The position numbers were made by a program, and so were the translations under genes. Below the pieces are notes generated by a model. That model was not told where the DNA came from and ran no database searches. It worked only from the letters and a program-made list of their open reading frames with translations. This document shows positions 39,191-49,540 of a DNA stretch of 64,000 bases, one piece after another (the stretch's first letter is position 1; the number at the start of each line of letters is the position of its first letter). Source of the stretch: Thermoleophilia bacterium (GTDB taxonomy: Bacteria; Actinomycetota; Thermoleophilia; RBG-16-64-13); assembly GCA_040770645.1 (NCBI GenBank), contig JAXGIS010000002.1, positions 20,962 to 84,961 on the forward strand, written 5' to 3'.

Positions 39191-40054
39191 TCAGACGGTT
39201 TCAGCCGGCGCGCCCTGCCCGCCGGCGACTTCAGCGGCAGTGCCTTCGACCGGGGCTTGGGCGGCAGCTTCCTGCGCCGGGGCCTCAGCGGCGGCCGGTT
39301 CACCGGCGGCCTCAGTAGCGGCCGCACCCTCGGCCGGCTCCTCAGGCGCCGCGGCAAAATCGGTCTCGGTGAAACGCCTGCGCCCCTCTTCCACCGCCCG
39401 CGCAATGGTGCGAATGATCAGGCCACACGAACGGATGGCGTCGTCGTTGCCGGGGATGATGTAGCTGACTTCGTCGGGATCGCAGTTGGTGTCGACCAGG
39501 CCGATAAGCGGGATACCCAGCTTATTGACCTCTTTGGTGGCGATGACCTCACGTTTGGGGTCTATGACGAACACCGCGTCCGGGCGCCGCGTCATGCCGG
39601 CCACCCCGCCCAGATTGGTCTCCAGTTTCCCCAACTCCCGCTCCAGATTCATGCGTTCCTTGGTGGGCAGGAGGGCCAGAGAGCCGTCTTCCTTCAACCG
39701 CCGCAACTCGTGCAGGCGGTTGATGCGGTCGTGGATGGTGAAGAAGTTGGTCAGCAAACCGCCCAACCAACGGTGGGAGACGTAAGGCATGCCCACGCGG
39801 GCGGCCTCGTCGCGAATGATGTCTTGGCACTGCTTCTTGGTGCCCACGAACAGCACCGTGCCCCCCCGCTCGGCCACGTTGCGCGTGAACTCGTACGCAC
39901 GGTCAATGAGCGTGGAGGTCTTCTGCAGATCGATGATGTGGATGCCGCCCCGCTCGGTGAAGATGAAGGGCTTCATCTTGGGGTTCCAGCGCCGGGTCTG
40001 GTGACCGAAGTGCACCCCAGACTCCAGCAGCTGCTTCATGGAAACAGCGGGCAT
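39191..40054 (-). CDS. rpsB: 30S ribosomal protein S2 (with Ala/Glu-rich C-terminal extension)
   Basis: [24 protein letters not shown]. The roughly 50 aa tail is [32 protein letters not shown]. Confidence 0.96.
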   Translation of the reverse strand: MPAVSMKQLLESGVHFGHQTRRWNPKMKPFIFTERGGIHIIDLQKTSTLIDRAYEFTRNVAERGGTVLFVGTKKQCQDIIRDEAARVGMPYVSHRWLGGLLTNFFTIHDRINRLHELRRLKEDGSLALLPTKERMNLERELGKLETNLGGVAGMTRRPDAVFVIDPKREVIATKEVNKLGIPLIGLVDTNCDPDEVSYIIPGNDDAIRSCGLIIRTIARAVEEGRRRFTETDFAAAPEEPAEGAAATEAAGEPAAAEAPAQEAAAQAPVEGTAAEVAGGQGAPAETV

Positions 40055-40242
40055 GAGTCACTCCTTCTGGTTGCGTATGTGCGCGGGAGGACGATCACGG
40101 AACCCCGTGGGGCACCACCGCGAGCGCCACCCTCCCGGTCGTTTGACGGGCCGACGTAGTTTAACACACGGGCCGAGCCCCGCCACCAGTAGCGGGTCGC
40201 GTCCAACCGGCCCCGGCGCCGGCGCACCCCACGCCGTTTCCG

Positions 40243-41040
40243 CTACAGGACGCGCGTGTCCAGTTGGTCTTTCACGCGGCCCTTGAGCCGCAGAATGGCC
40301 TTGGTGTGCAGTTGCGAGACTCGGGACTCAGTGACGCCCAGCACCTCGCCGATCTCGCGCAGGGTGAGGCCTTCGTAGTAGTAGAGGCCGATGACTATCT
40401 TCTCGCGCTCGGGCAGACGACGGATGGCGTCGGCCAGGTACTCCTTCAACGACTGCACGTCAAAGGCCTGGCAGGGATCGGCCGCGTTGTCGTCCTCGAG
40501 CGTGTCCAGCAATGTGATCTTGTCGCCGTCGGGGCCACCCAGCGTCCAGAATTCATCCAGAGCCACGATGGAGGCGTTGCTGATCTGCAACAGTACGTCC
40601 TGCAGCTCCTCGTAGGTGATGCCCAGGTCGGCCGCGATCTCCTCGTCCTGCGGGGCCCGCCCCAACGCGTTCTCCAGCCGGGTCACAGAGCGTTCCACCT
40701 GCCGGGCCCAACTGCGCACCGAGCGCGGCACCCAATCCAGCGCCCGCAACTCATCGATGATGGAGCCTTTGATGCGTGACAATGCATAGGTTTCAAACTT
40801 GATGTTGCGCTCCAGATCGAAGCGCTCGATGGCGCCGATGAGGCCCAACAGCCCGTACGACACCAAGTCGGCCTCCTCCACGTGCGCGGGGAGACCGGTG
40901 CACATGCGCCCGGCCACGTATTTGACCAGCGGCGAGTAGGCGAGGATGAGCTCGTTGCGCGCCTCCTCGTTCCCATCGAACTTGTAGCGTCGCCAGCACT
41001 CGGCCAGATCGTGGGCTGTGCTCTGTTCGCCTACCCTCAT
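40243..41040 (-). CDS. whiG: FliA/WhiG family (sigma-28 type) RNA polymerase sigma factor
   Basis: Region 2 is YSPLVKYVAGRM...GLLGLIGAIERFDLERNIKFETYALSRIKGSIIDELR. Region 4 is LTLREIGEVLGVTESRVSQLHTKAILRL. Confidence 0.88.
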   Translation of the reverse strand: MRVGEQSTAHDLAECWRRYKFDGNEEARNELILAYSPLVKYVAGRMCTGLPAHVEEADLVSYGLLGLIGAIERFDLERNIKFETYALSRIKGSIIDELRALDWVPRSVRSWARQVERSVTRLENALGRAPQDEEIAADLGITYEELQDVLLQISNASIVALDEFWTLGGPDGDKITLLDTLEDDNAADPCQAFDVQSLKEYLADAIRRLPEREKIVIGLYYYEGLTLREIGEVLGVTESRVSQLHTKAILRLKGRVKDQLDTRVL

Positions 41041-41061
41041 GTCAGACCCTCCGCCGTCACC

Positions 41062-42173
41062 TCAGGCGCGGGGATGGGCGCGGCGGTAGGCTTCGCGCAG
41101 GTGCGTGGCCGATACGTGGGTGTAAATCTGGGTGGTACTGAGTGAAGAGTGACCCAGGAACTCCTGGATGGAGCGGAGATCGGCCCCGCCCTCCAAGAGG
41201 TGGGTGGCGCAGGAGTGTCGCAGGGTGTGTGGAGACAGTTTGGTTGCCATCCCAGATCGATGGACGGCCGCAAGGAGTCTGCGCCGCACGTCGGAAGGGC
41301 TGAGCGCGGCCCCGTTCCGGCTCACGAACACGCGGTCCTGGCCCTCCCTCGCCTCCGGAGGCAGCCCACGCAAAAGCTCGGCCCGCGCCTCGGCCAAGTA
41401 CTCAGCCACGGCGCGACCGGCGGGCTTCCCGAACGGAACCACCCGTTCCTTTCTCCCTTTCCCCTTCACCCTGACCTCGCCCCGGGCAAGATCTACATCC
41501 TGAAGCCTGAGATCCAGCACTTCCCTAGTGCGCAATCCACATGAGTATAGCAATTCAAACATTGCTCGGTCCCGACGGATCAGGGGAGCGCCGCCGTGCA
41601 GACCGCGTAGCAGGGTGGCCGCCTCTTCCGGCGTGAGCACAGCCGGTAGACGACGGGGCAGACGGGGCGCGTGCAAACCGGAAGCGGGATGCAGGGCCAA
41701 GTGGCCTTCGTCCACCGCAGCGGCAAACAGCCGCCGGGCCGCCGACAGCTTGCGCGCCAGCGTGCGCCGCGCACAGGCCGCCCGTCGGGGCTGAAGGCCC
41801 CCTCCGCCAAACGCGAGACGTACAGCCTGAGATCATCCACCCTCACGTCGGCCGCGTACACCCGGCCACGGCTCTGGAGGAACGACACCAACTGCTCCAC
41901 ATCAGCGCCATAGGCGCGCACGGTGTGCCGGCTGTAGTCGGCCGCGGCCAGGCGCCGCAGGAAACGGGCACGCAACTCCTCGAGGCTGAGGCCGCCGATG
42001 TTGGCGCCGGCAGCCGGCAGACTGGGAGAGGGTGGCGCTGAAGAGGACGGTGCAGCCGAGGGAGGCGCGGCAGCAGACGAAGAAGCTTCCGGATATCCGG
42101 CGACAGGGGGGCTGCCGAACCCCGGCTTCACCATCCTGTCCCCTCGCGGCGCCATCCCACCCATGTCTCCCAA
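41062..42173 (-). pseudogene. xerC: tyrosine recombinase XerC/XerD family, one frameshift
   Basis: The catalytic C-terminus is in ORF 41062..41715 (HTLRHSCATHLLEGGADLRSIQEFLGHSSLSTTQIYTHV). The N-terminal SAM-like domain is in ORF 41580..42173 (YSRHTVRAYGADVEQLVSFL). The join is near 41775-41782. The start is uncertain. Confidence 0.85.
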
Positions 42174-42221
42174 TCCTCGTACGCCCCGTGCCGCTGCCGG
42201 GCGCGGAGCCTCGCGGCTCCC

Positions 42222-43415
42222 TCACGGGGATAGGACGTATACTCCCACCCCCTCCCGGCCCACCAAGCCGTCGAGCTCGAGCAAGGCCAGAGCGGCAGCC
42301 ACCTCACGGGGCGCACAGCCCACGGCCTGCGCTACTTCATCCACTGAACGGGGCCCACAGCTCAACGCCTGCACCACGAGCCGCTCCAACACGCCGGCCG
42401 GCCCGCCCCGCCGTTCCGCCTTCGCGCACGGTGTTTTCACTGCACGCCCACTTCTCTCGATTCTCGTCAGGGCCTCGTACTCCTTCACGCACTGCTCTAC
42501 ATCGTAGACAATGCGCGCGCCGTCGGCGGCCAGCGCGTTGCCTCCCCGGCTGGCCGGGGAGTTGATGGGCCCGGGCACCGCGAACACATCTCGCCCCAGG
42601 GTCAAGGCCTCATCGGCGGTCAGGAGGGCACCGCTGCGCTGGCCGGCCTCGACGACGACGACTGCATCCCCAAGAGCCGCCATAAGTCGATTGCGCGCGG
42701 GGAAATGCCACTTGGCTGCAGATGTGCCTGGCGGGTACTCACTGACTAGGACACCTCTCTGCTCCACCTCCCGGTAGAGAGAGGCATGTTGACGTGGATA
42801 GACAACATCTGGGCCGGTTCCCAATACAGCAACCGTGAGACCTCCCACCTCCAAGGCTCCACGGTGTGCCGCGGCATCGATACCACGTGCCAAGCCGCTG
42901 ACCACAACACACCCAACAGTAGCAAAAGACCTCCCCAAAGCCCCTGCCACTCTGAACCCGTACCGGCTGGCAGCTCGTGTTCCGACGATGGTAACGCGGG
43001 CCATCCCCATGGCATCATCCCAGAGGCCAAGTTCGCCCTTGAGATATAGCCCCGCCGGTGGATCGGCCAGGTCCTTCAATGGCGATGGAAAGCTACGATG
43101 GCTGGGCGGGATGAAATGCACTGATGTGTTGGTTAGTTGTTTGGTAACCGCATCGCTGTTAAAGCTATCTCGATGAGCAACCAGTGCGAGAGCCGTCCGT
43201 GTTCTCAAACCCCACTCTCGGAGCTCTCTCGCAGATGCCGTCCACAGGGCTTCCATCCCTACCAACGAGATGAGCTTCAGGCACGAAACGTAACCGCTCG
43301 CCACCGCTGCAGAGGCCCACAACCATGCATCGCACGTCACTGTGTCTTTGCCGGACCCGGCATGCACCGCACGGCGGGTCAGCCCCGCCCGCTCTTCCGC
43401 CGTTTCACCTCTCAT
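42222..43415 (-). CDS. dprA: DNA-processing protein DprA
   Basis: Rossmann-like core VVSGLARGIDAAAHRGALEVGGLTVAVLGTG, with a C-terminal wHTH. Confidence 0.9.
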   Translation of the reverse strand: MRGETAEERAGLTRRAVHAGSGKDTVTCDAWLWASAAVASGYVSCLKLISLVGMEALWTASARELREWGLRTRTALALVAHRDSFNSDAVTKQLTNTSVHFIPPSHRSFPSPLKDLADPPAGLYLKGELGLWDDAMGMARVTIVGTRAASRYGFRVAGALGRSFATVGCVVVSGLARGIDAAAHRGALEVGGLTVAVLGTGPDVVYPRQHASLYREVEQRGVLVSEYPPGTSAAKWHFPARNRLMAALGDAVVVVEAGQRSGALLTADEALTLGRDVFAVPGPINSPASRGGNALAADGARIVYDVEQCVKEYEALTRIERSGRAVKTPCAKAERRGGPAGVLERLVVQALSCGPRSVDEVAQAVGCAPREVAAALALLELDGLVGREGVGVYVLSP

Positions 43416-44990
43416 CTAAGCCAACTCGCCCTATCCTTCAGATGCAGCCCTGCTGCCTCCGCTACATGCTGTTCATCAACGGCCATGGAGAGATCGAGGT
43501 CGGCAATCGTCCGACTTAGGGATACCAGCCTGCCGTGACTCCGACCCCCAGCCCCATCGTGCTGGAGAAAGCGACGTACGAGCAGGGTCGCTCGCGGCGT
43601 CAATCCAGCCTGCGCTTCCAGAACCCGAGGGTGCTTCTTTCCAAGATTTGCCCTTTCCATCGTAGTAGCCTTTGGGTCGGCCTCCCGCGCCGCCCTAAAA
43701 GAGCAGGCACTCATCACCCGCTGACGGATGGAGAGAGATGTCCCTTCAATACCGTCGTCGATTGTGAGAAAGCCTTCGACTGTCTGGGCGGGCAGTTCTA
43801 ACATCATGTCAACCCTGTCGAGCAACGGACCGCTTATGTGTCTTCGATACCGCTCCGCCTGCCCAGGGGAGCAAGTGCAGGCAATGCTAGGATGTCCGGC
43901 GTACCCACACGGACAGGGATTCATGGCAGCAATGAGCGAGAAGCGCGCTGGGAAACTCAAAGACCCACTGCGTCGGGTAATGAGCACATGTCCATCCTCC
44001 AATGGCTCTCTGAGCGCTTCAAGTGCATCTCGTGCGAACTCAGGGAACTCGTCCAAGAAAAGGACGCCCCGGTGGGCCAATGTGACCTCCCCAGGGCGAG
44101 GTGGTGACCCGCCTCCAACGAGCGCCACCGTGGACGCCGTGTGGTGGGGACATCGAAACGGCCGCTCCGCAAGCAGGCCCTGCATGCCGTTGAGGAGACC
44201 CGCGGCGCTCCAGATGCGCGTCACTTCCAACGCTTCTTGAGAGTCCAACGGAGGCATGATCCCCGGCACACGTCTGGCAAGCATGGTCTTCCCCACTCCC
44301 GGGGGCCCCACCATCAGCAGGTGATGACCACCCGCCGCTGCGATCTCAAGCGCACGTTTGGCAGCACCCTGCCCCGCAACGTCAGAGAAATCGGGCTGTG
44401 ACTTGGAGCAACTCGCGTGCGCGGACTTGCGTGAGAGCCACCGCTGCCCACGCAACCTGAGACGGCCAAGCAACGATTGATCTCGGCATGCAGCCACCGC
44501 CTCGGCCAAACCCCTGACTCCCACCACCAGTTCGGGGGCGGCGGCCGATCCCTCTAGCAGGCTCTCCACCGGAAGCAAAACCGACCGCAGGCCGATACGC
44601 TCAGCCGCCTCCGACATGGCCAATATGCCTCTCACACCCCGTATCTCCCCATCGAGCCCAAGCTCACCAACTGCGCCAATATGCCGAAGAGAACCAGAAG
44701 GGACGTGGCCGGCCGCCGCCAGAATAGCCAAAAGCCACAGGGAGATCAAATGCCGAGCCTTCTTTGCGCACGTCGGCCGGGCTCAATCCCACTGTGATGC
44801 GTTGCGTAGGCAGAGGAAGCCCTACATTCGCCGCCGCCGAACGCACCCGCTCCTTTGCTTCACGAACCGACGTATCTGGTAGACCCACCACCGTGACTCC
44901 CGGCAGCCCGGGACGGACATGTGCTTCCACATGCACCGGAACAGCATCAATGCCCACCAGAGCAAACGTCATCACCGAAGCGGTCCCCAC
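43412..44990 (-). pseudogene. comM: YifB/ComM family Mg-chelatase-like ATPase, one frameshift in a T/A run
   Basis: The N-terminal Lon-like domain is in ORF 44664..44990. The AAA+ part is in ORF 43412..44749 (GPPGVGKTMLARR). The join is at the A4 run 44730-44733, where there is one extra T on the coding strand. Confidence 0.88.
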
Positions 44991-44995
44991 CCTCG

Positions 44996-45361
44996 TTAAC
45001 CTCCCAGCACATCTCGATCGATTCGAATTCCAACGGGTTCACCGTGGACCAGATCCACGCTGACGACATCCAGCCGAATGCTGTTTGACTTGGCCTCGTG
45101 CTGAGAGCACCACACGGCGACGGCTCCCACGATGCGACGCACCTTGGCCTTCCCCACCGCCTCCAACCCGGTTCCGCGCGCCCGCCCACTCCTGGCTTTG
45201 ACCTCCACCGCCACTAGATCGTCCCCGTCGCGTGCCAGTATGTCTATCTCGCCAGCTTGAGTTCTCACCCGCATACCCAAGATCTCCCAGCCCAGGCCCT
45301 CCAGGAAGACCGCAGCCAGCTCTTCGGCCTCCCGGCCTTTGCCTACACTTGACGTTCGCAT
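44996..45361 (-). CDS. yraN: YraN family (UPF0102) endonuclease-like protein
   Basis: [49 protein letters not shown]. The start is taken at ATG 45361. The track ORF to 45712 is read-through of the spacer. Confidence 0.82.
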   Translation of the reverse strand: MRTSSVGKGREAEELAAVFLEGLGWEILGMRVRTQAGEIDILARDGDDLVAVEVKARSGRARGTGLEAVGKAKVRRIVGAVAVWCSQHEAKSNSIRLDVVSVDLVHGEPVGIRIDRDVLGG

Positions 45362-45442
45362 GCGCCTCCGGTCTCGATGCCGCTTCTTCCTCGTGTCCAC
45401 GATACAAACGGGCTCTTTCTGCAAACATAGGCCTTTGGTCGC

Positions 45443-45498
45443 AGATTGGGAGGGTGTTGGCCGGGGGGCTGAACGGGGAACGGCCCGGAGATTGGGGA
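45443..45498. repeat. two copies of AGATTGGG(G)AG 45 nt apart in the rnhB-yraN spacer
   Basis: Forward strand agattgggag at 45443-45452 and agattggggag at 45488-45498. The GC-rich segment between them can pair (CCGGG...CCCGG). Confidence 0.5.
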
Positions 45499-45590
45499 GA
45501 TCCTTGGCCACGCCCACCAAGCAGAAACCCGGCTGGAGATAGCACCCACCCCCGGCGCAGGCAGCCCCCGGCCGGCTCTGGCCCCGGCCT

Positions 45591-46262
45591 CTAGCCCTCG
45601 CCGCCGCACGACGGCCCATCCACACCCGCAAAGGAGAGCCGGTGCAGCGGGCAGGCCCCATTGGCGGCCAATGCCCGACGGTGCTGCGTAGTGGCATAAC
45701 CCACGTGCTCATGGAAACCGTAGGCCGGATAGGTGTGATGCAGGGCGCGCATCAGCCGGTCACGCGTGACCTTGGCCAACACGGAGGCCGCAGCCACAGC
45801 GGCGCTGAGGCGGTCTCCTCCCACCAAACGCCGACAGCCCAGTTCCGGCCGATCCAGTTCGAAACCGTCCACCAAAGCCAGATCATAGCCGGCGCCCAAG
45901 GCCGCCAGCGCCTCCCCCAACGCAACCAAGTTGGAGCGGTGCAGCCCGGCGGCGTCCAGGGACGAAGCGGAGACGCTGATCACCGACCAACGGGAGCAGC
46001 CCGATAGAATCTTGGTGTAGAGGTCTTCCCGCCGCTGTATGGTCAGTGACTTGGAGTCACCCAGGCCTTGGAGCAGGCGCTGGGGCGCGGCCCCATAATC
46101 GAGCACCACGGCCGCACACACCAGGGGACCGGCCAGGCAACCCCGCCCCACCTCGTCCACGCCGGCCAGATAACGCAATCCCCGCCCGGCGCCGCGCAGC
46201 AGCGCTCGATCAAAGGCGAAGAGATCCTGCACGGAAGACGACGGCCGCGGCGACAAGGGCAC
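45591..46262 (-). CDS. rnhB: ribonuclease HII
   Basis: AGVDEVGRGCLAGPLVCAAVVL and DSKSLT. Confidence 0.92.
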   Translation of the reverse strand: MPLSPRPSSSVQDLFAFDRALLRGAGRGLRYLAGVDEVGRGCLAGPLVCAAVVLDYGAAPQRLLQGLGDSKSLTIQRREDLYTKILSGCSRWSVISVSASSLDAAGLHRSNLVALGEALAALGAGYDLALVDGFELDRPELGCRRLVGGDRLSAAVAAASVLAKVTRDRLMRALHHTYPAYGFHEHVGYATTQHRRALAANGACPLHRLSFAGVDGPSCGGEG

Positions 46263-46273
46263 CTGCCCCGCCC

Positions 46274-46873
46274 TTACGGCCTCCCCAGGTGACTGAGGGG
46301 CCAGTAGATGAGAAAGGCCTTGCCCACCACGGCGCTCTTCTTGACCGAGCCGAAGACGCGGCTGTCACCGCTGTTGTTGCGGTTATCGCCCATCATGAAG
46401 CACGATCCCTCCGGCACCTCCACCTCTTCAAATTGTCCCAGTAACTGCTGCTCCTTGATGTAGGGCTCAGATTGCGGCTCACCATTGACATAGAGCCTGC
46501 CGTCGTGCACGGCCACCGTGTCGCCGCCCACCGCCACAATGCGCTTGATGTAGTCCTCGTTGCCCATGGGCGGCCGGAAGACCACAATATCGCCGCGCTG
46601 CGGCTCCCCGAAACGATAGGCCAAACGGTTGACCAACACCCGATCACCCTTGAGCAGCGTGGGCTCCATGGATTCCGAGGGGATGCCGAAAGGCTTGACC
46701 AGGAAGTGCTGTATCAGCAGCGCCAGCACGAACGCCGCCGCCACAATGAGCACGATCTCCCCTATGGAGCTGAGAAGAGAGCTGCCCTCCTGGCGCCCGG
46801 CGCCGCCCAGCAGCCGCCTCACCCGCCCAAGCGGAGGGTGAGGGCCGGTAGCTTCCATACGGCGCCCAGGCAC
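46274..46873 (-). CDS. lepB: signal peptidase I
   Basis: The catalytic Ser box is GIPSESMEPTL. Also present are YIKRIVAVGGDTV and GDNRNNSGDSR. Confidence 0.92.
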   Translation of the reverse strand: MPGRRMEATGPHPPLGRVRRLLGGAGRQEGSSLLSSIGEIVLIVAAAFVLALLIQHFLVKPFGIPSESMEPTLLKGDRVLVNRLAYRFGEPQRGDIVVFRPPMGNEDYIKRIVAVGGDTVAVHDGRLYVNGEPQSEPYIKEQQLLGQFEEVEVPEGSCFMMGDNRNNSGDSRVFGSVKKSAVVGKAFLIYWPLSHLGRP

Positions 46874-46915
46874 AGAACAGGCGGATAAGACCCTAAACGC
46901 GCTTGCGGCGAGGCC

Positions 46916-47260
46916 TCAGACGCGCTTCTCTTTGACGCGGGCCTTCTTGCCCAGCTTCTGCCGCAGGTAGTAGAGCTTGGCGCGGCGCACGTCGCCGATG
47001 GCCGTGACCTCGATGCGCTCGATCTTGGGCGAATGCACCGGGAAGGTACGCTCCACCCCCACCCCGAACGATTGCTTGCGCACGGTGAAGGTCTCGCGCA
47101 CGCCCTGTCCCTGGCGCTTGATGCAGAAGCCTTGGAAGACCTGGATGCGCTCGCGGCTACCCTCGATGACCTTGAAGTGCACCCGCAGCGTATCGCCGGC
47201 CTTGAACTGGGGGATATCGCTGCGAAGTTGTCTCTGTTCCAGAATGTCGATGACCGTCAT
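46916..47260 (-). CDS. rplS: 50S ribosomal protein L19
   Basis: [32 protein letters not shown]. Confidence 0.97.
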   Translation of the reverse strand: MTVIDILEQRQLRSDIPQFKAGDTLRVHFKVIEGSRERIQVFQGFCIKRQGQGVRETFTVRKQSFGVGVERTFPVHSPKIERIEVTAIGDVRRAKLYYLRQKLGKKARVKEKRV

Positions 47261-47401
47261 GACTCCATTCCTCTACCCACACGCGTGTTCTTCGGCAATG
47301 ACCGGCAGCAAAGATACCAGACTTCGCCCCCACTCTGTGCCCACTGGGCACACTCTTCCACATATTCGGCGGCTACCCGGTTGCCGTCCGGCACCATCCG
47401 G

Positions 47402-48253
47402 CTATGCTCCGCCGCCACCCTCCTCCTCCACGCCCCCCTCTGAGGCGGCAGGATCCGCACCGGCGGCCTCCTCCCCAGCAGCGCCCCCACTCCAGCGCGC
47501 GTGGCTCTGCGCCCACTCCAACCAGGCCGATGGGCGCGCCTGCTCCCGTCGCCAGGCGGCGATGGCGCCGTGGTTGCCGCTCAACAGGATATCCGGCACC
47601 TCTTCCCCCAGATACTCCCGCGGCCGTGTGTAGTGCGGGTACTCGGCGGCACCTCCCAGCTCGGCCGAGAAAGACTCCTCCACCACGCTGGCCTCATTGC
47701 CCAGCACCCCCGGGATCTTGCGCACCACGGCCTCCACCACGGCCATGGCCGGCACCTCGCCCCCGGCCAACACGTAGGGCCCCACCGACACCTCCTCGCC
47801 GGCGAAGAGGCGGGCCACCCGTGCATCGAAACCCTCGTACCGGCCGCACAACAGCACCAGGTCGCGCTCCTCGGCCGCCAGCTCGGCCGCCAGGGCGTCG
47901 TCGAAGGGCCGCCCCGCCGCCGACAGCACCATCACCCGTCGCCCCTGCCGCACCTCTTGCGGCTCCACGCCGAACACGTCACCCAGGGCCCAACCCACCA
48001 CGTCCACACGCATCACCATACCCGGACCGCCGCCGTAGGGGGTGTCGTCCACTGTGTTGTGCAGCAGCCGCGTGTGCTCCCGGATGTTGTGCACGCGCAC
48101 GTCCACCAAACCCGCCTCCAGGGCGTCGCTCAGTGGATGCTGGGCCAGAAACCAAGTAAAGGCATCCGGCACCAGGGTAAAGATGTCGATACGTTTGGAC
48201 GTGGCCGCCTCGCTGCGCTCGCCGGAAGACACCACCGGCGGTGACCCGCTCAT
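47402..48253 (-). CDS. trmD: tRNA (guanine37-N1)-methyltransferase TrmD (with about 45 aa acidic/Gly-rich C-terminal extension)
   Basis: IDIFTLVPDAF, YGGGPGMVMRVD and LLCGRYEGFDARV. ATGA overlap with rimM. Confidence 0.93.
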   Translation of the reverse strand: MSGSPPVVSSGERSEAATSKRIDIFTLVPDAFTWFLAQHPLSDALEAGLVDVRVHNIREHTRLLHNTVDDTPYGGGPGMVMRVDVVGWALGDVFGVEPQEVRQGRRVMVLSAAGRPFDDALAAELAAEERDLVLLCGRYEGFDARVARLFAGEEVSVGPYVLAGGEVPAMAVVEAVVRKIPGVLGNEASVVEESFSAELGGAAEYPHYTRPREYLGEEVPDILLSGNHGAIAAWRREQARPSAWLEWAQSHARWSGGAAGEEAAGADPAASEGGVEEEGGGGA

Positions 48254-48943
48254 TCCAGTACGAACCGCCGCAATACCACCAAGCGGCCGCCGGGCACGTC
48301 CACCGTGGGCACGGCCTCCAGGGTGAAGGGCACCAACACCTCGCCTCCTGCCGCCCGCCGCACGGTCAGAACGGGTTGAGCCGGGGTGTCCAGCAGTTCC
48401 AGCACGGTCCCCACCTCCACCCCCTCTTCATCGAACACGCGCAGGCCCCGCAGTTCAAAGGGGTAGTACTCGTCCTCCTCCAACTCCGGCAGGCTCGAGG
48501 CGGGCACCTCCAACACGCAGCCGCGGAGCTTCTCGGCCGCCGTCCTGTCCTCCACGCCGGCAAAAGCCACCAACAGGGCGCCGGTGGTGAAACGCACATC
48601 CTCGATGCGGAGCTCCCGGCGGCCGCCGGCCGGCTCCGGTGTCGGCGGCCGTCCGCCGGCCGCACCCGCGGCGGCTCCCGCGGCCGACTCGGCCCGCGCC
48701 GTCCCATGGGGACCCGGCGGCCGTCCGCCGGCGGCAGCGCCGCCGGCGCCGGAGTCCGGCGCCCCGCCCGCCGCGTCCCGCGGCCGGGCGGCCCCGGCAC
48801 TCCTCCTCGAGTCGGCAGAATATGACCTCGCCGGGAGCGAAGCGATCCGGATTGTCCGACTCGCTCTGCACCCTCACCTCGCCGCGCAGACCGTGGGCGC
48901 GCACCACGTGCCCCACCACGATCCACTCCGGGCGCTCCATCAC
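48250..48943 (-). pseudogene. rimM: 16S rRNA processing protein RimM, one frameshift at the edge of a low-complexity insertion
   Basis: The N-terminal IVVGHVVRAHGLRGEVRV is in ORF 48455..48943. The PRC barrel is in ORF 48250..48597 (YYPFELRGLRVFDEEG). The join is near 48797-48802. An Ala/Gly/Arg/Pro insert of about 65 aa separates the two halves. Confidence 0.85.
48644..48732. repeat. 17-nt direct repeat GGCGGCCGTCCGCCGGC, two copies 72 nt apart, inside the RimM insert
   Basis: The copies are at 48644-48660 and 48716-48732. The spacing is a multiple of 3, and both encode AGGRPP on the coding strand. Confidence 0.8.
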
Positions 48944-48951
48944 CGCTCCCG

Positions 48952-49194
48952 TCAGTCGACGATCTCGACGATGGCCTTCTTGCCGCTGTGCACCGAAGCG
49001 GCTTTGATCAAGGTGCGCAACGCCCGGGCTATGCGGCCCTGGCGCCCGATCACCTTGCCCACCTCCTCCTTGGCCACGTGCAGTTCCAGCACCAAGCCGG
49101 CCTCGGTCTCCCGGGCCTCCACCTTCACCTCATCCTTGCGCTCCACCAAGCAACGCGCCAGGTACTCCAACAGCTCTTTGGGATCTGAGTCCAC
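48952..49194 (-). CDS. KH domain RNA-binding protein (YlqC/UPF0109)
   Basis: 80 aa. LVLELHVAKEEVGKVIGRQGRIARALRTL. It sits in the conserved slot between rpsP and rimM. Confidence 0.88.
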   Translation of the reverse strand: MDSDPKELLEYLARCLVERKDEVKVEARETEAGLVLELHVAKEEVGKVIGRQGRIARALRTLIKAASVHSGKKAIVEIVD

Positions 49195-49203
49195 GGAGGG
49201 CCG

Positions 49204-49452
49204 CTACTGAATACCCTTGATGGCGAGCAGCTTGCGCACGGTGTCGGAAGGTTGCGCGCCCTGTGCCAACCACTTGCGGGCTTTCTCCTCATCGATCTCG
49301 ATGGTGGAGGGCTCCGTCTGCGGGTTGTACAACCCGATGCTCTCGATGAAGCGACCGTCGCGCGGAGACCGCGAATCGGACACCATAACGCGATAGATGG
49401 GGTTCTTCTTACTACCCCGCCTGGCCAGTCTGATCGAGACCGCCATGCGCAC
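49204..49452 (-). CDS. rpsP: 30S ribosomal protein S16
   Basis: [35 protein letters not shown]. The RBS AAGGAGG lies 5 nt upstream. Confidence 0.97.
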   Translation of the reverse strand: MRMAVSIRLARRGSKKNPIYRVMVSDSRSPRDGRFIESIGLYNPQTEPSTIEIDEEKARKWLAQGAQPSDTVRKLLAIKGIQ

Positions 49453-49540
49453 CTCCTTGTGCTTGACCGGGCGGCGTTCCCCACCCCCGGCTCTGTGAGT
49501 CCTTGTGCAGGTTTTTATTATCTTTCTTTAGAATGGCGTC

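Noticed and set aside
40055-40242. 188-nt rpsB leader with the nested stems CGGGAGG...CCTCCCG and CCCCacGGGG as an S2-responsive regulatory element
   Set aside because: The structure is real in the sequence and overlaps the region just upstream of the RBS. Any link to S2 autoregulation is an analogy only. There is no sequence-level match I can verify.
40243-44990. xerC, dprA, comM and a sigma factor together as a possible integrative or competence island
   Set aside because: This is the standard chromosomal whiG-xerC-dprA-comM-yraN-rnhB arrangement of actinobacteria. There are no flanking repeats, tRNA target, transposase or cargo genes, and composition matches the surroundings.
47261-47401. 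Hairpin TGTGCCC-agt-GGGCACA in the 141-nt trmD-rplS spacer as an L19 autoregulatory leader
   Set aside because: It is only a single 7-bp stem with a 3-nt loop. I cannot match it to the described L19 leader structure from memory. It is plausible but unsupported.
49453-49540. AT-rich island (TTCTAAAGAAAGATAATAAAAACC on the coding strand) between ffh and rpsP as a defined promoter
   Set aside because: A -10-like GATAAT is present, but no -35 lies at a workable spacing (TTGGCA is 23 nt away). It probably marks a promoter or UP-like region for the rpsP operon, but I cannot place the elements confidently enough to annotate them.
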